Shown piece by piece: positions 1 to 13,350 of a DNA stretch of 64,000 bases. Position numbers and translations under genes: made by a program. Each line of letters starts with the position of its first letter. Position 1 is the stretch's first letter. Source of the stretch: Isurus oxyrinchus (Eukaryota); assembly GCA_026770705.1 (NCBI GenBank), contig JANJGN010000034.1, positions 3,782,001 through 3,846,000 on the forward strand. The letters run 5' to 3'. The notes under the pieces were generated by a model that saw only the letters and a list, made by a program, of their open reading frames with translations, did not search any database and was not told the DNA's origin.

Positions 1-138
1 AAAACAAAATATGTATCTGTCCATTTCTCCTTTAACAGTTGTAATTATTCTGCATCCAAGTAACAATTATGGGCACTTTTCACTCCCGAAAGACCCCCAA
101 ACTATGCGAGCACTGCTATGCTCTTTGGAATGATCGAT

Positions 139-513
139 CTAAATGGTATATTTGGTGAGAGCTTTGGTGCCTTAGGAGAGGGCGTGTTTGGCCAGTTCGC
201 CTGCAAGCATAAAGCTGCATCTCCCTGGCAGAGATGGTGTGGCGCTTGCTGTAATGAACTACCCATGAAACCCCGAAGGCGAACACCCGAAAATGTCGAC
301 CATGAAGGAATTCATAACACACATGACATGGACGAGATCTTACGCAGGGTGGAGCTGGGTCAGCACCCTCTACACATAAGTGTCATAATAGCTTGCCACA
401 TTTCCTTTGCTTTTAGTCGGCTTCATTGTGACATTAGTTCCTGACTGCTTTGATGCCTTTCCTAAGGAACCACCCTTCACCACAGCTGGCAACTCAGGTA
501 TTCCACTAGACAT
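139..513 (-). pseudogene. H2B: Histone H2B variant pseudogene
   Basis: Minus-strand translation across frames gives MSSGIPELPAVVKGG..SYYDTYV*RVLTQLHP..ISS..VMNSFMVDIF..HYSKRHTISAREMQ..GELAKHALS*GTKALTKYTI*, colinear with H2B (SYSIYVYKVLKQVHP, MNSFVNDIF, HYNKRSTITSREIQ, GELAKHAVSEGTKAVTKYT). In-frame stops at 370-372 and 172-174 plus frameshifts. Confidence 0.92.
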
Positions 514-853
514 GGAGCAACTATGAGTGGAGTACAAACTTTTCCTAGCCCACAACCCGTCAGGTTGCACTATTAGTGCCAATATTTAACTCAATCTCAA
601 ACATAGTCAAATATTTACCTTCACTACTATTAGACACTGGATATAATAAACTTTAAACAGGATAATTGATTTCTTATATCTAAAAAAAATAAATCATTTC
701 TAAGAGCTGATGAACAGATCATTGTAATCTATAAGAATTACAATTTTCCCTTTGTCTCATGTGCGGCCATCTCCCATGCACAAACACAAACACACAGAAA
801 AGACACACACACACATAAAGGGCAAAGAAATGTGGCCTCTGCACAAGTCGACG

Positions 854-929
854 ATTGGCAAAATAAATACGGCCTAAAAAAGGGAAAAGCTCACAATGTG
901 TTGACCCTATCGATCTGCTGCGCCATCTT
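854..929 (-). promoter_or_regulatory. Possible relic promoter motifs upstream of the H2B pseudogene (CCAAT box, YY1-like AAGATGGCG)
   Basis: ATTGG at 854-858 (CCAAT on minus) and CGCCATCTT at 921-929, 340-415 bp upstream of the H2B ATG. Short motifs that could occur by chance. Confidence 0.3.
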
Positions 930-2039
930 GTATATACAGATCCCTAGCCGTAGTGCATGCCAGGAGGTTGTAAAAAATGGAGCATCAACATGAAGGCTAA
1001 TAGAGCTGGATCAATACTTCTTGGCTTATCAGCTCTTCTTTACATTCCAGGTGGCACTACTGAGATAAGCATTACTGGCTGGATATGCATAACCATGCTG
1101 CATTTCGTGCAAGGCAAAGAGACCACGAGCTTGGCAGCTTTCCCCTTCTCAGTTCATTCCCACTGAATCCAAAGCTACAAAATGATAACCTAAATCTCAA
1201 TTCTACATCGTGATTTCCAAAGAACCGCTAGGGCCTTTACATTTGAAACAATTTCAGACTCATAGATGTTTACAACCAGAAATGGCTGCCCATCAGGTTC
1301 GCGCCGGTGAACACAAATTTGATTACACTAATTACATTTTCCAGCGCTTGGTCCATACGTGGGGACATGGCAGCAGAAGTGAAACCGTAAACACTTGCCA
1401 AATGTTACATGAGTTTCTGAATCAACTAAGCTTTCAGGCATTGAATTCGATACTCCCACCGCACAATGGATGAAAATTTTTTCCCTCAACTTCACATTCA
1501 TCCTTCCAATTACTACCTGAAATCAATAGCCCCGGTTATTGCTCCCTTCACTATTGGAAATAGGTGCCTTCCTGTCTACTCCATCTATAATCCTCATAAC
1601 TGTATAAACCTCTTCCCTTTCTATGTTGAGTTACCAGATTATTTCACAGTCCTCCACCTTGATGCCTATACCAGCGTTGTCTTTTTTTCCATTGGGAAGA
1701 TCTAAGCACAGTATTCACTGAGGGGTGCACCAAAGTCTTCCTGATCCACACACAGATTAAATATATTGCCCCTAACTGGCACTAGGCTTTCCTCTTCTTG
1801 TTCATTATATATTTAAATAAAACCATTTTTTTTATTCCACACACCGATGATTTCTCTTGCACTCTTGCCACTTTCTTGGCTTGCTCTTTAACTCCCCCCG
1901 ACTCTTTTTATACTCCACTCAAGAGTTCTACCATATTATGCCCTCGGTTTCTGCCATAAGATTCTCATGTTTACTTAATACTAAATTTTATAGCCCTTGA
2001 CATCAAGGATTCCCCGGACATGGAGCCCCTCTTTGAATT

Positions 2040-3833
2040 GGAGGGAAAATAACTGCCCCCTATTCTTGCCATTTCCTCCTTGAATGCCTCCCATTATTCT
2101 CTAAAGTTTTATTTGCAAATATATGCTCCATGTCCACTTGGCCAAATTTATCTCATGTTAGCATAACTTGCCTTTCCACGTTTTATTATTTTATTCCGAG
2201 CTCTAAACTATCTTTGTCTATAACTATCGTAAAGCTAAATGAGTTGCAGTCACTACCACTGAAATGTTCCCCATGTAATCAGCCTTCCACCTGCCCGTGT
2301 TTTATTCCATATGTTGTGTCCAGAACTGCCCTCTTTGTTCGCTTTCTAAGTAGTGCATAAAAAAGTTCTCCTGGAAGCACGTTAAGTGTTTTGCTCCCTC
2401 CCACCCTTGCACAGTGGAACTATCCCAGTTAATATTTGGGTAGTTAAAATCCCTCCCAATAATGCCTTTTCCTTCTTACACCTGTCGGACATTTGTTTTC
2501 ATATTTGATGCTCTATCTCTCCCTGAAAGTTTGGCGACTTATAGTACATAGCCAGCAAGGTGGTTGCCCCACTGCTTTTTCAATTCTACCCATATGGTCT
2601 CATTTGACGATCCTTCCCAGATATTATCGCTCCCCACTACTTTAATTGATTCCATGAGCAATATTGCCACCCCACTCCTCTAGTATTGCCTTTTCTATCT
2701 CGCAAGAATACTCAATAATCAAGAATGCTGAGCTGCCAATTTGGCCCTTCTTTTAGCAGCTATTTGTCAAAGCTATGATATCATACATCGGCGTCCCTAT
2801 CTGTGTCCTCAGCTCATCTGTCTTATTCATCACGCTGCTTGGATTAAAGTCAATTCCATTTATTGTACAGTAAAATCATTCTTATCCAGGCTATTTGTCC
2901 TCTGCCTCACAGATTCATTGATTTGTGTCTTAAGTTCGAATTCTACCTCAGCTTCTCCCGCCTCTCAACTTCTTCTCAGGAATCCACTCCAACCCCGCTG
3001 CCAATTTAGGTTAAATCTGCCCCAAAAATTACCCGCGAGGATGTGTGTCATTTTAAAGTCGTCCAACCACCCACATAAAACATGCCAATGCCCCTGGAAT
3101 CTTAACCATTCCCTCGAACACCATCTCTCTAGCCACACACTCATCTGCTCTACTTTTCTTTCCCTATACTTACTACTGTGTTGCGCCGGGTGTAATAAAA
3201 AGATTTATACCTTTGAAGAAGTCTGGCTTTTCACTCTCCCCCTTCAAAGCACCCTACAGCTGTTCTTGACCTTGGCAAGCGGGAAGCAACATGCTATCCT
3301 GGAGACACATTTATTACGACTGAAGCACCTGTTCACAACTCACACGAACGGACCACCTAGACCTATCACCATTCCATACAACTTCGCCCCCAAAACCACC
3401 CCCCCTCCCCCTCCACCCAGTAGCTGAACTATCCACATATCCGTGGCCTTTTCTCTGCTTAGCCGCCGGAGAGGAAGCAGCACTCCAGTCTTTTCCAAAG
3501 CTGCAAAGCAGTTTGGGAGCGATATACACTTGTGGACCTCCCTCACTACCTGTCTGATACCCTTCTCCTGTCTGGCTATCAACCATTCCCTCTCTGCTTG
3601 TACTTCCTTAACTTTGCATTGACCATGTCCTGAAACGTGCTATCAATGGGCCTCTTAGTCAGGTGAAGGCACTGCAGTGTCCCCCAGTACCAGTCAACTT
3701 GCAAAACCCAGAGTTGGATTTGCGCCTGTTGGAGGCACCTGCTGCAGAACTTGTCCTCCAGGCAGCCATGAGCGCCCACAACTTTCCACATAGCACAGGA
3801 TGGCCGAATCACGCATCTGAGCTCCCCACACAT
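2040..3833 (-). mobile_element. CR1-type LINE remnant (ORF1 zinc-finger region and ORF2 APE)
   Basis: Minus frame reads RDFNYPNINWD (GDFN APE motif) at ~2420-2455; ORF 3579..3833 has a Cys-rich SCAMW..CSRC segment like CR1 ORF1 N-termini. Confidence 0.75.
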
Positions 3834-4119
3834 ACCTTAACTATATAGAATACAGATCCTTGCTCGTAGTTTAACCTTAGTCCAACTTGAGCATCAACCA
3901 GATGCTACATCCACAATATAGTCTTGGTGCTGTTGACTGTCTATCCCAGGGTTCTCCGCATGCACTCTCCTCCCAATCCATTAAAGTAGTTACAGTTCAA
4001 TTACACATGCAGCTTTCCCTATAAAAGACAATGCTGATTACTTAGCTGAATCTATTCTGGTTCTTAGAAAGCAATTTATTTCTACCAGTTGTGGATGACC
4101 TTATGACCGTTTCTGAACA

Positions 4120-5015
4120 AAGAACAAACAACACAGAAAGTTAGAGCATAACAACTGGCACTTCGGCCCTACAGTCCTGCACCGATCATATTGACCTTCA
4201 ACTAAAATATTTTCCACTTCTGGGGTCCATATCACTCCATTCCCTTCCTATTCATGCATCTGTCAAGCTGCCTCTTAAACAGCACTATTGTACCTACTTC
4301 CACCACCTCTTCTGGCAGCAAATTCCAGAGACTCACTACCCTCTGTGTAAAAGAAAGGTTGCCCCGTATATATCTTCTAGTGTTTTCTCCTCTCACCTTA
4401 AATCTATGTCCCCTAGTAATTGACTCTTCCACGCTGGGACAAAAAGCTTCTACTCTCTCCATGCCTCTCAGAATTTTGTTAACTTTTATCAATTCACTCC
4501 TCAATCTCCGTTGCTCTAGTGAGAGGAATTCGAGGTTCTACTACCTCTCCTCATAGCTAATAACCTCCAGATCAGGTAGAAAGTTGTTAAACCTTCTCTG
4601 CACCCTTTCCAATGTCTCCAACCTGGTTACCAGAATTGCATGCAATTTTCCAAGTGTGGCCTAACGAAGGTTTCATACTTCCTATCTGTTTCTCTTTAAA
4701 GATATATTACTGAGAAGTGCAAATGATGTAAATTTGCATAATTTAAAAAACACAATCATTCACGGAAATTCTAAAATAAAAGCAAAATACGGCAGCATGA
4801 CTTCCCAGCTTTTATGCTCAATAACCCTGCCAATGAAGACAAGCATGCCATATGCCTTCCTGGCTAACATACCCACCTGTGTTGCCAATTTCAGTGACCT
4901 ATGGACCTGCAATTGGCCTCTGTCCGTCGATGCAATTAAAGGTTCTGCCATTTAATGCATAATTATTCCTGCCTGTATTAGGCCTTCCAAAATGTACAAC
5001 CTCGCATTTCTCTGT
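4120..5015 (-). mobile_element. CR1-type LINE 3' fragment
   Basis: ORF 4232..4504 (ELIKVNKILRG..TRGHRFKVRG..FTQRVVSLWNLLPEEVVE..FKRQLD) is the typical CR1 ORF2 C-terminus; 4760..4951 continues upstream ORF2. Confidence 0.9.
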
Positions 5016-5209
5016 TTAAATAAATCCTGGTTAACTTTCTCATGTCAGATGATGCAAAGTGCTTCTAAATGTTAAACAAAAATGTAACTGCTGGACATAT
5101 GGTTCTTATGGAACAAAATGTCTTTCACCTGGCAAAAATCTTCTGCCCGACTCATTTAAACTTTGTTTCTTTCAACTATTACATTTACTCGGTAGTCAGT
5201 TGTCTCCCG

Positions 5210-6200
5210 CTCCCTGCTGTGAAATTGTCACATTTCAAGATTCCCACAGTCCAATTTAGCACTTCTCCACATCTCCCCCAACCAAACCCCACCCCATCCC
5301 CACAGGAGCACTGGCAAATATTCTGGTGGGAGCATTCCTCCCTATCTTGTTCAGGGGCAGGCATTCCGGCCCATACAAGCCACAGTTTCCCGAGAACTGG
5401 ACCTCGTGAGTCAGAAACCTGATGGCCTCCCGCCTACATCAGGTTTCCAACCACGTACATAATCTCTCCACTCTCGTCTGTATATGCTCACTACCACGTA
5501 GCACTGGGAGTAATCCTCTGATTCCTGCTTTTGAGGTCTTGAAATTCAGTCTCCTTCCAGCTCCAGAAAATATAGTCTCAGAACGCCAACACCTTTCCAA
5601 CCTAAGTCATTCGTACACAATTTGGCGATGATCTCTATCTGCTCATCCTTCCCCAGAAGAATGTCCAGCAGCCGCTCCATGACAACACTGATCATGTTAT
5701 CAGGGAGGTAACATACCATCCTGGAGTCACGTCTACAGCCACAGAAGCATCAGTCTGTTCTGCGAGCTAAAATTCGTCAATAATTGCTGCTAGCCCTTTC
5801 TTCTTCCTCCTGTCTGCACACCTGAGTCATCTACCATGCCAGAAATTTGTTTCTGGCTGCATTCCTCCAAGAAACTGATGCACTCAATATTAACCAAAAT
5901 GGAAAACACATTAGTGAAAGGGAAACCAGGGCTCAGCAGCTACCTGCCTGTTTCTCTAGGACTGCCTGGCTATCACAGATCTCCATCCTGTCATGCTTCG
6001 AAGCTATAATTTTACAACCACTTTGAACTGATTACCCACGTAGCTTTCAGCACTCGCTTATGGCACAATGACTCCAGCCTCCACTTGACCTCCGAAACCC
6101 AGAGTTCAAGTTTATACTGCTGGTGACACTTACTGCACATGTGGTGTTCCAGGTCAGCAATAGTCTCCCGGATTCTCAATTTCTACAGGACAAACATTGT
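5210..6200 (-). mobile_element. CR1-type LINE ORF1 remnant
   Basis: Minus strand reads SRMVCYLP (~5700-5725, esterase-like ORF1 motif) and MCSKCHQ (~6120-6140). Confidence 0.6.
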
Positions 6201-6642
6201 ACACAACGTAACTGCCCTTTCACGTCACTCAGTAGAGTTTACTTTGTTTTACATTGGCTTACTTATATTATTTAACATACTTGGGTTTTGTTTCAATTTT
6301 TCCCATGCGTCTGTGCTTCTGCCTTTAATCTAAACAGCTACTTATTTAAAGAAAGATAGATTCTTCTAATGTTGAGCTACTTAAATGCACACTGAAAGAA
6401 TGTTTTCTGACAAACCAATGAACACGCAAATGTCCCTTAATGTCACTCTGATGTTCCTTTGGAAACTCGGCCAACTCTCATGTCAGTCAGCCCCAGTTTG
6501 CTTTGCTCTATGAAGGACAGTGAAGGCAATGAGAACTCGCCTTCTCGTTTCTTAGCTCCCGGGTAGAGGTGTCTCTCAAAGTTGCGGTCCATTTTTTTCA
6601 CTCTCGGAAGGAAATTGAAAGCCTCCAGCCTTGCCCTCTTGA

Positions 6643-6952
6643 TTATCTACTTCCGAGTAGATGATTCACCTTCAGGTCCGGTTGTCCCTCTGCCCACCAA
6701 GGTTGAGTCACAGGTTGAGTTCTAATGTAAGCGTGCAGAATATCCATTAACGAACAAATTTCCTGATTTCACACTTTGATTTCTGTCAGAAGGCGATTTC
6801 TCTGAGCTCTTATAATCAAAGCTGATTTTCTAGGGTCCTGCTTTCTGCTGCATTTCTAACTGACTGATATTGGGTCCACTTTTCCATCACTTGTGAATAA
6901 TTCTGCCTTGTGAATAATTTGTGCCCGAGCTTCTGTGTTTCTCTGTTCTTTT
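6643..6952 (-). pseudogene. Putative 3' exon of the coiled-coil gene, disabled
   Basis: gtgttttgttttgcaa (CAG>CAA acceptor) then phase-1 (E)KNRETQKL..RQNYSQVMEKWTQYQS; after frameshifts SALIIRAQRNRLLTEIKV*NQEICSLMDILHAYIRTQP. Internal duplication of AATTATTCACAAG. 3' end uncertain. Confidence 0.5.
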
Positions 6953-7489
6953 TTGCAAAACAAAACACTGTGCTACCCTATATGTTGATTAGGCAGAAAT
7001 TCATTCAAGCTCAACGTAACCTACAGCCATAACGTAGCCATAACGTCACAACATAATAATGCTCAGAAGAAAGTTATTCGGCCATTCGAGAGCATTGTGG
7101 CTCCACAAGGAACAATCCACTCAGTCCCACTCTGCGTTATAATCCAACATCCCAGGTGTTCTATTTCCTTCAAACGCCCATCTAGTTTATTTTTTAGCCA
7201 TTTTTTTCAAACCATGCTCCTTCAATCCTCTGCCTCCATTAATACAAGAGCAGCGTGCCCTCGCCATTACCACTCACTGCATGAAATCAACACAATCATA
7301 ACCCTCATGCTAATCCTGTGGAATTCTAAGGCACCGTTGCAGAGGAAGCGGATATTTAAATTTGTTGTGACATTGATAAGCCTATTGACTTCACTGGGAC
7401 TGGAAAATCCCGCCGCCAGAAAGTTCGTAAATTTCTACACCATATCTTGCAAAGTGTAAATATGTTTTCCTCTATTCCTTCCACAATAA

Positions 7490-8190
7490 GCCAATGAGGC
7501 AGGCAGAAGCAGAAATAAACATGGAAATGGAACTGGGGAAGTATGCCAGGAAAATTACAGTCACCAATGGAATGGTGCTGACTAAATTATTGGAGCTGGA
7601 GGCTAACAAGAGCCTAGTTTCTGATGGACCTCATCCTTGCCTCTTAAAATAAATGGCTAGTGACATAGTTGGTGCATTGATTTTAATTTCCAAAGCTCCC
7701 CAATTTCGAAGAAATTCCAAATAGATTGGAAAATTGCAAATGTAACTCCATTATTCTAAATGGGAGGAAAAGAGACAACAGAAACCACAGACCAGTTAGC
7801 ATAAAATCTGTTTTATGGCAAATATTTGAAGTTATATTATATCAGTAATAGCAGGATGATTGGATCAGCTCAACATCACCAGGCAGGGTCACCATCGCTT
7901 TCTGAACAGCCAATCGTGTTTAACCAATGTATTGAAATTTTTTGAGGGAGTAACTTGCGCCTTAGAAGAATGGGATCAGGTGGGAGTACTTTACGTATAC
8001 TTCCACAAGTCAGTTGACAAGGTGCCACGTCAAGAATATTATGGCAAATAAAAGCTAAGGGTATAGAGGGTAGCATATTGGCATGAATAGAAGATTGACC
8101 AGCAAACAGAAAACTCAACTGACATGAATGGATCTTTTCAGGTTGCAAGATGTAATGACTGGTCTGCCACTTGGATCTGTGCTAGGAGCT
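7490..8190 (+). mobile_element. CR1-type LINE reverse-transcriptase fragment
   Basis: ORF 7860..8051 SCLTNVLKFFEGVT..VLYVYFHKSVDKVP matches the CR1 RT motif SCLTNLLEFFE..YLDFQKAFDKVP. Confidence 0.85.
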
Positions 8191-10539
8191 CAAGAGATCG
8201 GTATTTTCAGGTTAACTTTGGGTCACACCTTAGGAGTTTTTATTTCCACCGTACAGGTGACTATTTCAATTAGTTATTCATAACTGTTTAACAGTGACAC
8301 GTTCAATAGTGACAAGCTGTTGATGAAATGAGCCTGTAGGTATGGTATTCTACCTTTTAAAGTTAGAAAATGAGAGGTCCGTCATTGTTTGATTATTAGA
8401 TTTGGCTGTAAAAGGGGGCCAGACTGTAAAAAATGCCAGATTGTCGCAACCCATACCCTGTGCTTTTCAGTCAACCCCCAAGCCACTGAGGGAAGCGTCA
8501 TAGCCTTAGTTAGACCTACAGTGTACCAAGCAATGAATACTTCCGTGTCGAAAGTGCTGTTTTCAAAAATAGACTTCAAAACACGGCCATGTGTTGCCAA
8601 ATCAAGCGTACTCTATGGCACTGATTTGAGAAAGCCAAACAGCCAGCTATTTCTCCCTGATGCTGAGTGCTATTGCTTGGAATCCCTGTGGTCGAATTAG
8701 GGTGAAGATATTGCATGATAGAATCATAGAATGACCACAGCACAGAAGATGTCTATTTTGCATGTGCGGCCAATGCCTGCTCTTTGCAAGAGCAAATCAT
8801 AGAGTGTCAATCCACAGTAGCCCTACAGTTTTTTTTTTCTCCTCTGATATTTATTTAATTTTTTTTAGTAATCTAGAAGTGCACAAAACAGGAACTACTT
8901 TTTTTCCCCTTGCAGTGCAAATGGAAATGTAAGATGTGCGGGGACCCCCTAAATTTAAGCCATCCCCTGACATTCTGAATCCTTGCACATTAAGGGTTTT
9001 TCATTAAACCAGCATTGATGCCTTACCTTCAACTGCCTCCGCATTAAACCCTGACAATTGCGTCATTACACATGTAACATTCTCCCCCTCTGTCATCATC
9101 ATTGAGATGCTCGTAAACACCTAATGTGATAAAAAATCATTTCTCCTACTTCTATTATTTTCTTCAGTGGCACCTTGTTCCTTTTCTTTAACGTCCCTAT
9201 GAAGTGAAATGATATATTTTCATACAGAAAAGGAGTAACACACACTCATTTTCTGAATCATTTTTAAAAAATTCAGCCCATGGTTGCCACACCTAGCTCG
9301 CCCCCTGATGCAGGGCATTAATGATGGCATCTCTAAACACAAGTGATTTCATATCGGGACATGTATTTGGCGAGTTTACTCAACTCATCGACCGAATACT
9401 TTCGTACAACACTCTCCTGATTGCATTTCATACACCCGTGATAGCTCCACGTTATGTTCCTTGTATCTCAATGCATTGCACTATCCCTTCTGCAATAGAT
9501 TGGATTACGTTCTACCTTCTGAATTAAAGAGTTGTGAAATCATTCTTATTCAGTACAGGTTGTCACCACAGCGAGGTACGCATTAAGCTGGCAGAAAATA
9601 TTCAGCACAGCACTCTGGAATTGATGGGTCATGGATGATAATTGAAACTGAGACTTTTCATGACGCTGTGAAATATCAAACATCTCTATTAAAACAACAG
9701 CTGCACTGCCCATCAGGTTGGCACCTCCTCATGTATTACTGAAAATCACAAAATAAGATGTTCCCAACGTAACATATTAATATATCTAGTATATTGTCTG
9801 TTCCCATGGCTGACATATTCCATAATTTTTGGAGTGTTCCTACAGTTCTACAGAACTTCTCTCCATGCGCAAAGTATGTGGGAGGCCACAGAGTCATGAA
9901 GCACAGCATGTGAACGGGGAAGCTTTGCTTCATGCGCCAGGAGCTGAACTCCTGAATCACGAGCATGGCAACGTGGGGAGATGGGAAAACGTTGTCATCA
10001 CATTTAAAGACTGCAGGCCTGAATGGTTATGTGTCACTCCATTTTCATCTCATTGCGATCTACCTCATCCTTTCAGTATTACCTTCGCCTCCATTCCCTT
10101 CACCTATCTATCTTGTCTGTCTTAAAGATATATAAAATGACCTGAAACCAGTGGAAACATTTCAAACATGTCACGGCAATGAGAATTGCAAGAATGGCTG
10201 CAGAGTGGCAATCTTAACGGACCTCTTTGATTTTTGTAAGCAAGTCCCTCGAGATTGAAAAATGTCTTGCATCCAGAGTGAAGGAATGGGTTCCCAGACG
10301 GCTAAAAACTGAAATGCACGATCAGCTGGGTTTTCCCAGACATGGGTCAGTGGGCCTGTTAAGGCTTTGGTAAATGAATGGTTCGGATATTTATGCATTC
10401 TTTAGAGGCCATTGCATCGATTTCCTTGCTTAGCATCCCTGACACAATCGCTCAAATTGCTTGGTAGCATCCCAAAGGAATAATTCAATTTCTTGACTGA
10501 CACAAGAAGCACCTATATTTCAGGGGCTAATGTTCTGGC

Positions 10540-13286
10540 GAAAGGATTTCAAATTCCAATTTCAATCACCAAAGCTGACCTGGCAGCGCCAGAACTAACC
10601 AACCTGGTGAAGAACAGAATAATTTATATGCCAGCTGCTGCCAGAGCTATGTCATGAAACAACTACCTAGAGATCAAAATACACTACTTGACTTAGCTTT
10701 CACTAATATGAAAGTTGCAAATGACCCCTTCAATTATCGTGCAAACAGGAGTTACTATCACAAGGAATGTTTTCCTCGCGGAAAATTGATCACGTCTTCC
10801 TTTGGCAAACACACTGCATCTTTTTTATCTCTCCCTGAAACATTAGCACGATGCGAACTCAGATAGATTCAGCGCTGTTTGGGCAGGTCAGAAGGGATCG
10901 CCCATGAACAGCTGTGAATAATGAGCTGCTGCAGAAATTTATTCAACCATAACCTGTTACATCATGGTTCAGAACATCACTCGTTTAAGATTATCGCGGA
11001 TGCAGGAAATTAACTCTTGCTGGAACGAGTTCTCCAGGATAGCCTCCGGGGAATCACCACCAGGCATTCCTACAAACGATTTGCCAAACTGATGAAAATA
11101 CAACAAAACGCTAATTGCATGATGGTTTAATAAACAATTACCTGGAGATTTTTGTTCTGTAAACAATTCAATCCTCAATAATGGGCAAAGCACAGAACGG
11201 CAGGTTAAAATATACGACTGAAAAAATTGAAAAGTCCATCAACCAGTAGTCCGGCATGGGTGAACCAACGCCTGGAAATCCTCCTGAAGGGCCCAAGGAA
11301 TTCGTTTCCCTCCACAGTGTGATAAAAAAGAAACAGTATAAGGCACTGATTAAGGCCAAGACTATGGAAATTTACAATATGTCAACTGTGGCAAAGAAAA
11401 CCTATTCTCATAACTAGCTGCGAGCCTAAGCAAGCAGCTGTGGTGCTGCAACACTCCCTGCAAACGTTGAAAATTGCCCTTACATATTTTGGCCACAAAC
11501 GAAAGTTATCAGGAAAAAATTGCCCTATACTACTAACATTCCGTAATGAACTCTCAATCATCAACTCCTTAGATTCAGTTAAGGTCCCATTTAATTGGAA
11601 GAGAGCAAATGTAACTCCAATGCACAATGCCAATGCTGTTTCCAATTGCTATAAATGACGTGGATGAAGGGATGGATGGGATAGATGCCGCCTGGTGGAT
11701 GATTCATTGACAGGTAGGTAACTAACTTTTGAAACCTGTATAAGGAGGGTACAATCAGATAGAGATACGTTAACTGAGTGGGCAAGGATAAGAAAAAAGG
11801 AGCATAATGTGGAACAATGAGATAATGTCCTTTTTGGTAGGAGAAATAAAATATAAGCTTATTGTACAGATAGTGAGGTATCTGAGGTACAAGGGGACCT
11901 GGGTACCCTAGCACATGAATCACAAATGGCTAGAATGCAGCAATAGGATGAAAATAGAAAATGTAATCAAATGTTATCATTTATTGCGAGGCCAATTTAA
12001 TGCAAATATAGGGAGGTTTTGCTTCCCACATATAAGTCACTGGTGAGGCCATGTTTGGAATAGCATATAGATTACTCGTCACCTTTCTTAAGCAAGGATG
12101 TAAATGTGTTTGGAAAGTTCAGAAAAGGTTTAGTGGATTAATACCAGGAATCGATTGGTTGTCTTGTGGGGAGTGGTTAGAAATGCCAGCATGTATTGCT
12201 AGAGTTTAGAAGCATAAGACGCAAATTGATTGAAACATAATAGGGGTTTTGACAGCGTTTGTGTCTAAGTAGAGAGGATGATTCCTCTTGCAGGGGAATC
12301 CAGAATTAGGGTTCATTGTTTAAATATAAGCGGTCACTCATTTAATGCAGATATGCTGCATTTTTTTTATTTTTTACACAGAGAATATATAGTGTTTTGA
12401 AATCTCTTGCCGAAAAAGGTAGTGTAAGCAAATACTTTAAATATTTCTAAGGCAGAGGTTAGTAGATTTTTGGTAAACACATTGGTAATAGGTTATCAGG
12501 ATGCTGATTTCAGGTTGCTATCGATCAGTCATGATCTTATTAATTGGCGGAGCAGGCTGCTGAGGCTGAATTGCCTGCCCATGTTCCCTGTCTGTATGTT
12601 CGTATGTATGCACGCACAGGCATATACATGGTGTGCGATGTGATAGGCAGGGTGTACTAAAATGTTAATTGTCCAGAATACTTGCACCCCAGTTTGCAAA
12701 AAATAGTGAGAGTGCAGATAGCACAAGTGGTCAGCATAAAATAAGTTGTGGGTAAGGTTTTTGAAACATTAATCAAGGAAACTGACTAATAACAAATAGG
12801 CTCGGTTTGAATCTTTAAGGAAATGTTGGACTAATCAACTTAAAATTTAGAAAGATATAACAAAAACATTGATGAATAAAATGCAACCAAACTTGCCTGT
12901 GTGTACTTGAAGTAAGATTTGATTGCATCAGACAGAAAAAAAAATACTTGTTGAAGGAGTGGATTTCATTATACAAAAGTGTGAGCGCAAACTTTTATCA
13001 TAACTGGCTTAAATACAGAAAACAGCGATTTGTGCTAAGCGGTTGTTCAGCATCTTTGCTATTGCCTGGCTGTGGTGTCGCCCAAGTGCTTTTTGCAGTC
13101 AAGCTACTTTCTGCTTCTATACCAATTTCTTTCATTTTGTAATTCAGAATAGTGATTTAACATTTGGCAGATTATATCAAATTCAAGTTGATGGACAGTG
13201 AGAAAGACTCCCAATTTATTTTAGAAGGAACAGAGAAAGAAAAACCTCACAACAACAGAAGGTAGCAGCTGGTCTACAAAAAGAAA

Positions 13287-13350
<64 letters not shown>

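Noticed and set aside
118-444. 108-aa plus-strand ORF
   Set aside because: Antisense shadow of the H2B pseudogene.
2741-3427. Longest track ORF (228 aa)
   Set aside because: Antisense to a CR1 LINE remnant; no recognisable domain.
9027-9050. 24-nt minus-strand AG..GT segment (FNAEAVE) near the expected sixth microexon
   Set aside because: No polypyrimidine tract and no similarity to the 27-nt exons.
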